A stretch of DNA of 64,000 nucleotides from Candidatus Dormibacteria bacterium (GCA_049511615.1 JBEKXW010000002.1:72499-136498); one strand, 5' to 3'. Counted from the first letter of the stretch, positions 43,957 to 52,022 are shown. Notes: generated by a model not told the origin, from the letters alone. Translations and numbers: made by a program.

Positions 43957-44036
43957 GTTAGTGATTTCACAATCGTCGGTTAATCTTCCGATAATGTCAG
44001 GCGACTGCGGATCGACTCCGTTAATGACCCGATAAT
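43957..44036. promoter_or_regulatory. Putative Pho boxes (11-bp periodic direct repeats) in the divergent phoR/phoB promoter
   Basis: GTTAGT 43957, CACAAT 43968, GTTAAT 43979, GATAAT 43990, then GTTAAT 44020, GATAAT 44031. Confidence 0.65.
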
Positions 44037-44156
44037 CTTCGTCGAGCTCGCGACCGCATCGATCACCGCCCCACCACGCTGGCGGGGCATAATGAGCGCG
44101 CTGATGAGCCGCGTGATCGCTCTCGCCGCGACGCCCACCGCCGCCGGGATCGAGTC

Positions 44157-44879
44157 ATGACAACGTCGCCAGCCAAGCACGTGCTCATCGTCGAGGACGA
44201 GGACTCGATCCGCCAGACGCTGCGCTACAACCTGAGCCAGGAAGGGTTCGTCATCACCGAGGCGAGCACCGGGACCGAGGCTCTGTCGGCGGCGCGCCGC
44301 CAGCGCCCCGACCTCATCCTGCTCGATCTCATGCTCCCCGAGCTCTCCGGCCTCGAGGTCTGCCGCATCCTCCGCCAGGAGATGACGGTGCCGATCATCA
44401 TGCTGACCGCCAAGGGCAGCGAGCTCGACAAGGTGGTCGGCCTGCATGTGGGCGCCGATGACTACGTCACCAAGCCCTTCTCGCTCAACGAGCTGCTGGC
44501 GCGCGTCTCGGCGATGCTGCGGCGCGCGGAGATGACGGTCAAGGAGCGTGTCGCCGGTCGTGAGATCGAGGAGCTGGACAACTTCCGGATCGACCGGGGT
44601 GCCCGCACCGTCCACGTCGACGGCGAGGAGTTGCACCTGGCACCCAAGGAGTTCGACCTGCTGTCGCTGCTCCTCCTCAACGCGGGCAGGGTGCAGTCTC
44701 GCCAGGTCATCATCCAGCGCATCTGGGGCAGCAAGTTCTACGGCGATCACAAGACCGTGGATGTTCACGTGCGCTGGTTGAGGGAGAAGTTCGAGCGCTT
44801 CGACCACCTGCCCTTCCGCATCACCACGGTGTTCGGCGTCGGCTACCGGGTCGACCGCCTCGACCAGACGCCGGTCTGA
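44157..44879 (+). CDS. OmpR/PhoB family response regulator (PhoB/PhoP/RegX3-like)
   Basis: LIVEDE, LLDLMLP..SG, MLTAK, GADDYVTKPF, TVDVHVRWLREK, ITTVFGVGYR. Confidence 0.9.
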   Translation: MTTSPAKHVLIVEDEDSIRQTLRYNLSQEGFVITEASTGTEALSAARRQRPDLILLDLMLPELSGLEVCRILRQEMTVPIIMLTAKGSELDKVVGLHVGADDYVTKPFSLNELLARVSAMLRRAEMTVKERVAGREIEELDNFRIDRGARTVHVDGEELHLAPKEFDLLSLLLLNAGRVQSRQVIIQRIWGSKFYGDHKTVDVHVRWLREKFERFDHLPFRITTVFGVGYRVDRLDQTPV

Positions 44880-44997
44880 GCCCACCGCCGGGGCGTCCGG
44901 CGGCGCCACGCCTGCTGGCCCGACCCGCCCGACGCCACCCTCACGGAGTGGTCGCTCCACGCAGGTCGTCGTCGCCGGCGCACGTACCATGAGGGGG

Positions 44998-45681
44998 ATG
45001 GGCGTCCCCGCCAGTCCCGCCCCGGCGCCGCCGCGGCGCCGGCCGGCCCTGACCCGGGCCTTCTTCGCCCGGCCCACGGTGGAGGTCGCCGCCGGTCTGG
45101 TCGGAGCCCACCTGGTCTGCGACCCGGGCACCGCCGAGGAGGTGGAGGCGGTGGTGGTCGAGGTCGAGGCATACCTGGGACGCGAGGACCCGGCATCCCA
45201 CGCCCACGGCGGTCCCACGCCCCGGGCGGCGATCATGTTCGGCCCGCCGGGACACCTGTATGTCTATCTCTCCTACGGCGTGCACTTCTGCGCCAACGTC
45301 GTCTGCGAGCCGGCCGGCGTCGCCGGCGCGGTCCTGCTCCGCGCCGCCGCGGTCGAGAGGGGGGAGGAGGTGGTGCGCCGCCGCCGCGGGCCGGGCCGGC
45401 GCGGGCCAGCGGGAGCCGCCGGGACGGCGGCCGAGGCGCTGCTCCGGGGGCCCGGCAACCTCGGCACCGGCCTCGGCCTCACCCTGGCCGACAACGGCCT
45501 CGACCTCTGCGACCCGAGTTCGCGCTTGCGCCTCCTCGACGCCGACCGCGCCGTGCCGCTGGCCGTCGGTCCCCGGGTGGGCATCAGCCGGGCGGCCGAG
45601 CGCCCGCTCCGCTTCACCTGGGCCGGCCACCCCGCGGTCTGTCACCCGGCCCCGCCCCACCCGCGCTCCATGGAGGGGTGA
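44998..45681 (+). CDS. mpg: 3-methyladenine DNA glycosylase (AAG/MPG family)
   Basis: EVEAYLG.EDPASH, MFGPPGHLYVY.SYG.H.C.N, AVLLRA, GPGNL, GPRVGIS. Confidence 0.93.
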   Translation: MGVPASPAPAPPRRRPALTRAFFARPTVEVAAGLVGAHLVCDPGTAEEVEAVVVEVEAYLGREDPASHAHGGPTPRAAIMFGPPGHLYVYLSYGVHFCANVVCEPAGVAGAVLLRAAAVERGEEVVRRRRGPGRRGPAGAAGTAAEALLRGPGNLGTGLGLTLADNGLDLCDPSSRLRLLDADRAVPLAVGPRVGISRAAERPLRFTWAGHPAVCHPAPPHPRSMEG

Positions 45682-45767
45682 GCTGGGTCCGGCTCTGCCG
45701 GCCCGGCGCGGGCCGGCGAGCCCCTCTGAGAAGAGGAGTGGTCCCCACGCGGCCTGCCGCATGGGGA
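45661..45767. repeat. Dispersed, diverged copy of the 96-bp repeat unit
   Basis: CTCCATGG.GGGGTGA...GGCTCTGCCG...GGCGAGCCCC..TGAGAA.AGGAG.GGTCCCCACGCGGCCTGCCGC.TGGGGA aligns with the 31061-31380 array; it includes the mpg stop codon. Confidence 0.85.
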
Positions 45768-45807
45768 AAGAGAAGGGGCCGGCGGTGCCGGCCCCTCGTT
45801 TTCATTT
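45766..45807. terminator. Bidirectional intrinsic terminator
   Basis: AGGGGCCGGC-GGT-GCCGGCCCCT (45774-96), followed by CGTTTTCATTT on + and TCTCTTTC on -. Confidence 0.75.
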
Positions 45808-46085
45808 GCCGATCAACGGCAGCCCGGCGGAATGAGCCGGGCATTGTGCGGCACCGTCCGGTGCCAGGTGACATGCCCGGGGCGTCTCGCCCCAGCACCG
45901 GTGTCCCGCAGCGCTCTTGCAATCCAACCTGCCTGCCGGACCACCCACGAGGCGGTCTCACGGCGGCGCACGCCGGGGCGGTGTTGGGGGCCCGCGCCGG
46001 GCCTCACCTCTCGGCTCGAGTGTGCCTCAGGAGCTGGTAGACACCGCGCATCGAATCCCAACCTCCATGTGGACCGATGGCTTCT
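45766..46085 (-). ncRNA. Candidate structured small RNA (about 320 nt), possibly dual-function with a 15-aa sORF (46004..46051)
   Basis: Lies between a TTGACA-16-TACCCT promoter and a terminator; several hairpins and a long-range helix; no convincing long ORF. Confidence 0.5.
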
Positions 46086-46091
46086 GGTCGT

Positions 46092-46119
46092 AGGGTACCC
46101 CCTCCCACGGCTCTGTCAA
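46092..46119 (-). promoter_or_regulatory. Sigma70-type promoter for the candidate sRNA
   Basis: TTGACA (46119-46114), 16-nt spacer, TACCCT (46097-46092). Confidence 0.6.
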
Positions 46120-46193
46120 CCATGAGGCGCGTGACGAACCACTGGTGCAATCGCACCGAATCGACCATGCTCCCCAGGCATTGCGGCGCCCCC

Positions 46194-46237
46194 TAGACTG
46201 AGCGGTGAGGGACCACCTAGAATCTGAACGTCCGTTC
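46194..46237 (+). promoter_or_regulatory. yebC-ruvCAB promoter with LexA box
   Basis: TAGACT (46194-99), 18-nt spacer, TAGAAT (46218-23), then a perfect GAAC-GTCC-GTTC (46226-37). Confidence 0.7.
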
Positions 46238-46253
46238 GTCGCCCGGAGGCAGT

Positions 46254-47015
46254 ATGTCCGGTCACAGCAAGTGGGCTGGCATCAAGCACAAGAAGGCGCT
46301 GGTCGACGCCAAGCGCGGCCAGGCCTTCACCAAGGTGGCCGCCGAGCTGTCGGTGGCGGCCCGCGAAGGCGGCGCCGACCCCACCGGGAACTTCCGCCTC
46401 CGCCTCGCCATCCAGAAGGCCCGCGAGGTCAACATGCCCGCCGACAACATCGAGCGGGCGATCCAGCGTGGGGCCGGCGGCAAGGAGGGGGAGCGGCTGG
46501 AGGAGGTGCGCTACGAGGGCTACGGACCGCACGGGGTGGCGGTGATGGTGGACGTCCTCACCGACAACCGGAACCGGACGGTGGCGGCCATCCGCAACCT
46601 CTTCACCCGCTCCGGCGGCTCGCTGGGGGAGACCAACAGCGTGGCCTGGATGTTCACCCACCAGGGGATCCTCCGGGTCGCCGCGGGAAGCCGCGACCCC
46701 GAGGAGATCGCCCTGGAGCTGCTGGACCTGCTCGACGTGGGCACGGACGGCGACGTGAGCGTCGACGGGGCGTCGGTCCAGGTGTCCCTCGCCCCCAGCC
46801 TCTTCGAGGAGGCCCGGCGCCGGCTGGAGGCGGCGAGGTACACCGTCGAGTCCGCCGAGGTGACCATGGACCCCAGCACCTCGGTCACGCTCGACGCGTC
46901 CGAGGCCCGCCAGGTCCTGCGCCTGCTCGACAACCTCGAGGAGCACGACGACGTCCAGCAGGTCTACGCCAACGCCGAGATCCCCGACGAAGTCCTCGAG
47001 TCGGTCAGCTCCTAG
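46254..47015 (+). CDS. yebC: YebC/PmpR family protein
   Basis: MSGHSKWAGIKHKK...D.KRG..F.K, YEGYGP.GVA, TDNRNRT, LEEHDDVQQVY.N. Confidence 0.96.
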   Translation: MSGHSKWAGIKHKKALVDAKRGQAFTKVAAELSVAAREGGADPTGNFRLRLAIQKAREVNMPADNIERAIQRGAGGKEGERLEEVRYEGYGPHGVAVMVDVLTDNRNRTVAAIRNLFTRSGGSLGETNSVAWMFTHQGILRVAAGSRDPEEIALELLDLLDVGTDGDVSVDGASVQVSLAPSLFEEARRRLEAARYTVESAEVTMDPSTSVTLDASEARQVLRLLDNLEEHDDVQQVYANAEIPDEVLESVSS

Positions 47016-47028
47016 CCGCTCTGCTGAG

Positions 47029-47649
47029 GTGCGTGTCCTAGGCGTCGACCCGGGGTTGGGGCGCACCGGCATCGCCCTGGTCGAGGGCCGTCCCGGGTCG
47101 ATGCGGCTGGTCCAGGCCGGATGCATCGAGACCGACGACGACGACACCGACGGCGTCCGCCTCCTGGCTCTCTCCCGCCATCTGGCTCAATCGGCGGCCG
47201 ACCTCCATCCCGACGTCGCGGCGGTGGAGCGCCTGTACTTCTCGACCAACCGGCTGACGGCGATGCGGGTCAGCCAGGCCCGCGGGGTCATCCTCTGCAC
47301 CCTGGCGGCGGCCGGGGTCCCGGTGGCGGAGTACACCCCCAATGAGATCAAGGAGTCCATCGCCGGCTACGGTGCGGCGACCAAGCGCCAGGTGCTCCGG
47401 ATGTGCGCCGCCCTGCTCGGCGTGGACCGGATCGCCGGTCCCGACGACACCGCCGACGCCTGCGCCGCCGCCATCTGCCACCACCACCGGGCGGCGCTGC
47501 GGCCCCGGGCGGCACCGGTCGCGCCCGCCGGGGTCAGCCCCGCGCTGGAGGTGGCCATCGCCGCGGCGCGCGCGCGCGGCGGCCCGCCCGCGCCGGCCGG
47601 GCGCGGACCGCGGGCGGGGGCGGCGCGAGCAGCCGCGGGCCGGCCGTGA
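47029..47649 (+). CDS. ruvC: Holliday junction resolvase RuvC
   Basis: VLGVDPG..RTG, VERLYF, QARGV, EYTP.EIK...GYG.A.K.QV, DDTADA. Confidence 0.94.
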   Translation: MRVLGVDPGLGRTGIALVEGRPGSMRLVQAGCIETDDDDTDGVRLLALSRHLAQSAADLHPDVAAVERLYFSTNRLTAMRVSQARGVILCTLAAAGVPVAEYTPNEIKESIAGYGAATKRQVLRMCAALLGVDRIAGPDDTADACAAAICHHHRAALRPRAAPVAPAGVSPALEVAIAAARARGGPPAPAGRGPRAGAARAAAGRP

Positions 47650-48260
47650 TCGCCCGGCTGCGCGGCCGGGTGGTGGCCGCGGACGCCGACCAGGTGATCC
47701 TCGAGACCGGGGGCGTCGGCTACCAGGTTTACTGCCACCTGCGCACCCTGGCGGCGCTGCACGAGATGGGCGACCGGGAGGTCACCCTTCACGTTCACAC
47801 CGCGGTGAGCGACGACGCCATCCGCCTCTACGGCTTCCTGGCGCGCGACGAGCTGCGCCTCTTCCGCCTCCTCATCGGCGTCGAGCGCATCGGGCCCAAG
47901 GCGGCCCTGTCCATCCTCGGCCGGGCCGAGCTGCCCACCATGGTCCGCGCCATCCGGGACGGCGACGTGGCCCTGGTGGCGACCGTCCCGGGCATCGGCC
48001 GCCGGACCGCGGAGCGGGTGGTGCTGGAGCTGCGCGATCGCCTGGGCGATCTCGCGCTCAGCCTCGAGCCCACGGCGCCGACCGCCGCCGCCCAGGCGGT
48101 GGAGGCGGCCGTCGCCGGCCTGGTCGGCCTCGGCTTCCGGGAGTCGGAGGCGCGCCCGGCGGTGCGCGCAGCGCTGGCCGGGGCGGGGGAGACCGACGGG
48201 GACGTCACCGCCCTGGTGGGCCGGGCGCTCCGGCTCCTCGACGTGGGCCCGGCGACGTGA
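47646..48260 (+). CDS. ruvA: Holliday junction branch migration protein RuvA
   Basis: IARLRG, GVGYQV, LYGF, IGPKAAL, PGIGRRTAER..LEL. Confidence 0.94.
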   Translation: MIARLRGRVVAADADQVILETGGVGYQVYCHLRTLAALHEMGDREVTLHVHTAVSDDAIRLYGFLARDELRLFRLLIGVERIGPKAALSILGRAELPTMVRAIRDGDVALVATVPGIGRRTAERVVLELRDRLGDLALSLEPTAPTAAAQAVEAAVAGLVGLGFRESEARPAVRAALAGAGETDGDVTALVGRALRLLDVGPAT

Positions 48261-48351
48261 CCGCCACCCGTGCGCGGCGGGGGTCCCAGCACGCGACCGC
48301 CGGCCCGGGGCGCGGCTGCCACCGGGCGGCGACCACTCGCTGGCGCACCCC

Positions 48352-49398
48352 ATGACCGACAGCCGCCTGGTCTCCCCCGGCGAGCTCGAGGAGGAGCGGG
48401 CCGCCGACTCCGTGCTCCGGCCCCGCCGGCTCGAGGACTTCGTGGGCCAGCCGGCCATCCGCGAGCAGGTCCACATCCTCATCGAGGCGGCCCGGGCCCG
48501 GGGCGAGCCCGTCGACCACGTCCTCCTCTACGGCCCCCCGGGGCTGGGCAAGACCACCCTGGCCCAGATCATCGCCACCGAGATGGGGGTGCAGGCCCGG
48601 CTGACCAGCGGGCCCGCCCTGGAGCACCAGGGGATGCTGGCCTCGATCCTCACCGCCCTCGAGGACCGCGACGTCTTCTTCATCGATGAGATCCACCGTC
48701 TCAACCGGGCCGTCGAGGAGGCCCTCTACCCGGCCATGGAGGACCTCGCCTTCGACTTCGTGGCGGGCAAGGGGGCGGGGGCGCAGACGCTGCGATTGAG
48801 CCTGAAGCCGTTCACCGTGATCGGGGCGACCACCCGGGCGGGTGCCCTGGGCGGCCCGCTGCGCGACCGCTTCGGGGTGACCTTCCGGCTCGACTACTAC
48901 GGGGTCGACGAGCTGACTGCCATCGTCGTCCGCTCGGCGCGGCTGCTGGAGGTCGAGATCGATGCGCCGGGGGCCGCCCTGCTGGCCGGGCGCGCCCGGG
49001 GGACGCCCCGGGTCGCCAACCGGCTGCTGCGGCGCGCCCGCGACTATGCCCAGGTCCGCGCCGGCGGGAGCATCGACGCGGCCGTCGCCGCCGCCGCCCT
49101 CGAGGTCCTCGGGGTCGACGAGCGGGGGCTCGACGAGATGGACCGGCGGGTGGTGGAGACCCTCTGCGGCGCCCTCTCCGGACACCCGGCGGGTGTCCAG
49201 ACCATCGCCGTCTCGGTCCAGGAGGAGCCGGAGACCATCGAGGACGTGGTCGAGCCCTACCTGATCCGGCTCGGGCTGGTGGTTCGCACCCCCCGCGGCC
49301 GCCTGGCCACCGCCGCCGCCTACCGGCACCTGGGGCGCACCCCTCCGCCCGGCGCCCCCGGTTCCGGGGCGGGCCAGGAGGTCCTCTTCGGGGCATGA
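48352..49398 (+). CDS. ruvB: Holliday junction branch migration helicase RuvB
   Basis: LRPRRLEDFVGQ, GPPGLGKTT, FIDEIHR, GATTR, RGTPRVANRLLRR, EPYL...TPRGR. Confidence 0.97.
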   Translation: MTDSRLVSPGELEEERAADSVLRPRRLEDFVGQPAIREQVHILIEAARARGEPVDHVLLYGPPGLGKTTLAQIIATEMGVQARLTSGPALEHQGMLASILTALEDRDVFFIDEIHRLNRAVEEALYPAMEDLAFDFVAGKGAGAQTLRLSLKPFTVIGATTRAGALGGPLRDRFGVTFRLDYYGVDELTAIVVRSARLLEVEIDAPGAALLAGRARGTPRVANRLLRRARDYAQVRAGGSIDAAVAAAALEVLGVDERGLDEMDRRVVETLCGALSGHPAGVQTIAVSVQEEPETIEDVVEPYLIRLGLVVRTPRGRLATAAAYRHLGRTPPPGAPGSGAGQEVLFGA

Positions 49399-49504
49399 CG
49401 AGCCCGGCAGGTCGCCGCGCTGGGGCCGGCACCGGCCGGCGCGCGGGCCGGCTCGCCGAACTCCACGCCGAGACCGGTGATCGGCTCGGCTACACTTCCG
49501 GCTC

Positions 49505-51952
49505 GTGAACTGGCTCCGGGTCACCAAGTGGAAGGTGGCGACCATCGTGGTGGTCGTCCTCGTCGCCATCCTGGTCGACGTCGGCAACTGGAACGTCCTC
49601 GGTTACAACATCACCCTCCACAAGGGGCTGGACATCGTGGGCGGCTCGCAGCTGACCATCGCCGTCTGCATCGGGCCGGACGATCCCCCCAGCGCCAACC
49701 CGCCCTGCCGCGCCGGGCCCCGCAATGGGATCAGCGTCTCCACCGCCCAGAGCGACACCATCCCGGTACTGCAGAACCGGGTCAACGGGCTCGGCGTCTC
49801 GGAGGCCACCGTCCAGCCGGTCGGGAACGACGAGATCTCGATCGAGCTCCCCGGGGTGACCCTCGCCAAAGCCCTGAGCGTGCTCGGCACCACCGCCCTG
49901 ATCCACTTCGCCACCGCCGCCTCCGGGGCTCCCCCCGCGGGAGCCTCCAAGAGCGCGAGCTACTGCGACAAGAACCCGAGCGACAAGTTCTGCGTGGACC
50001 AGGACGATCTCTTCGTTCCGTCCCAGCTCGGCAACGGCCAGCTCTACCCGTCCGGGTACCACTGGAAGATCGATAACAGCCTGCCGGCCTCGGACATCGT
50101 CAGCTCCAGCGTCGGCACCGACCAGAGTGGCAACCCCGCCGTCGACATCAACTTCAACGGCAACGGGGCCACCGAGTGGTCCAAGGTCACCACCGCCGCC
50201 TACGCCGTGTACTCCGCCAACGGCTGCTCCGCCGGCTCCACCTGCCCGGCACCGTCCATGGTCGCCATCTTCCTGGACAACAAGGTGATCAGCGCGCCGG
50301 TGGTGGAGGGGGCATCGAGCAACAGCACCCAGATCACCGGGCTCAGCCTCAGTGAGGCCCAGACCCTGCAGTCGCAGATCAACGCCGGAGCGCTGCCCGC
50401 GGAGATCGGCACCGTGGCCCAGACCTCGGTGGGCGCCACCCTCGGCGCCCAGACGGTGACCGCCACCCTCCTCGCCGGAGCGGTGGGCCTGATCATCGTC
50501 ATCCTCTTCATGATCGGCTACTACCGTTTCCCGGGGATCCTGGCCAGCCTCGCCCTGATCCTCTACAGCCTCATGAACCTGGCCGCCTACAAGATCATCG
50601 GGGTGACCGTGAGCCTGGCCGGCCTCGCCGGCTTCGTGTTATCGGTGGGCATGGCCGTCGACGCCAACGTGCTCATCTTTGAACGCACCCGCGACGAGCT
50701 CCGCCACGGACGCTCGGTGGGCGCCGCCATCGAGCTGGGCTTCCGGCGTGCCTTCCCGGCCATCCGCGACAGCAACATCTCGACCGAGATCGTCTGCGTC
50801 ATCCTCGCGTTCTTCGGTTCCGACATCGTCAAGGGTTTCGCCATCACCCTGGGCATCGGCGTCGCCATCAGCTTCTTCAGCGCGGTCCTGATCACCCAAT
50901 CGCTCCTCGGCGTGATGCTGCGCTGGAGGATCGGCAGGAACCCCGGCCTCTACACCGAGATCCATCCCGAATACCAGGAGCAGCACCGGCGCGCGCGCTT
51001 CGACATCGTGCACAACCGCAACATCTTCTTCCTCGCCTCGCTCGCCATCATCATCCCCGGCATCATCGCCATCATCGGCTGGGGGTTCCGGTTGGGCATC
51101 GACTTCGCGGGGGGCGACCAGATCCAGGCCGCCTACACCACCCCGGTCACCTCAGCCCAGCTGGTGACACTGGTCAACAAGACGGTGCCCGGCCTGCAGC
51201 CGACCGTCCAGAGCTTCGGCAAGGACAAGGCGGGCAACGACGTCTACCTGATCCAGACACTCCCGACCAGCGAGGTCCAGACCGTGTACGACGCGCTCGA
51301 CGCCACGTACCACTTCGAGTCCGGCAGCGAGAGCGTCAACACCGTCGGTCAGACCATCGCCAGCAGCGCCGTGACCCAGGCCATCGTCCTGGTGCTGGTC
51401 TCCTCGCTGATGATCGCCTTCTACCTGGCGTACCAGTTCGGTAAGCAGCGCCAGGTCAACCGCTGGCGGTTCGCGGCGTGCACCTTCTTCAAGCTGCTCC
51501 ACGACATCTTCGTGCTCGCCGGGATCTGGGCGATCCTCGGCCACTTCACCTCACTGGGGCAGGTAGACAACTACTTCGTGACCGCGGTGCTGACCGGCGT
51601 GGCGTTCTCCATCCACGACACCATCGTGGTCTTCGACCGGATCCGGGAGAACCTCCGGGTGGGGCCGCGCTTCACCTTCGACCAGATCGTCAACCTCTCG
51701 ACGGTCCAGACCATGGCCCGTTCGCTCAACACCTCGCTCACGGTTGTCTTCGTGCTGCTCGCCCTGGTCCTTTTCGGCGGGTCATCGATTCAGGGCTTCG
51801 TGCTGGCGCTCCTGGTCGGCATCGTCACCGGCACCTACAGCTCCATCTTCAACGCCTCGACCCTCCTGGTCGCCTGGAACAAGGCGGCCCCCCAGCAGAC
51901 GGCCGGCCGGCTCCCGCGCGGGGTGGTGACCCGGCCCGCGCGCGCGACCTGA
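49505..51952 (+). CDS. secDF: Protein translocase subunit SecDF (fused)
   Basis: KGLDIVGG, RVNGLGVSE, GMAVDANVLIFER, DSNIST, LGIDFAGG, SIHDTIVVFDRIREN, RSLNTS, GTYSSIF. Confidence 0.94.
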   Translation: MNWLRVTKWKVATIVVVVLVAILVDVGNWNVLGYNITLHKGLDIVGGSQLTIAVCIGPDDPPSANPPCRAGPRNGISVSTAQSDTIPVLQNRVNGLGVSEATVQPVGNDEISIELPGVTLAKALSVLGTTALIHFATAASGAPPAGASKSASYCDKNPSDKFCVDQDDLFVPSQLGNGQLYPSGYHWKIDNSLPASDIVSSSVGTDQSGNPAVDINFNGNGATEWSKVTTAAYAVYSANGCSAGSTCPAPSMVAIFLDNKVISAPVVEGASSNSTQITGLSLSEAQTLQSQINAGALPAEIGTVAQTSVGATLGAQTVTATLLAGAVGLIIVILFMIGYYRFPGILASLALILYSLMNLAAYKIIGVTVSLAGLAGFVLSVGMAVDANVLIFERTRDELRHGRSVGAAIELGFRRAFPAIRDSNISTEIVCVILAFFGSDIVKGFAITLGIGVAISFFSAVLITQSLLGVMLRWRIGRNPGLYTEIHPEYQEQHRRARFDIVHNRNIFFLASLAIIIPGIIAIIGWGFRLGIDFAGGDQIQAAYTTPVTSAQLVTLVNKTVPGLQPTVQSFGKDKAGNDVYLIQTLPTSEVQTVYDALDATYHFESGSESVNTVGQTIASSAVTQAIVLVLVSSLMIAFYLAYQFGKQRQVNRWRFAACTFFKLLHDIFVLAGIWAILGHFTSLGQVDNYFVTAVLTGVAFSIHDTIVVFDRIRENLRVGPRFTFDQIVNLSTVQTMARSLNTSLTVVFVLLALVLFGGSSIQGFVLALLVGIVTGTYSSIFNASTLLVAWNKAAPQQTAGRLPRGVVTRPARAT

Positions 51953-52022
51953 GCCTGCCGCGGGCCGGCGGCGCCCGCCCACCGACCCGTCCAGCCTGGG
52001 TACGATCGTCCCCGCCAGTCCC

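Noticed and set aside
46026-46068. tRNA-like fragments on the + strand (GAGCTGGTAGAC...TCGAATCCCAACCTCCA)
   Set aside because: No anticodon arm or acceptor stem can be formed; better explained as the complement of the minus-strand RBS and sORF.
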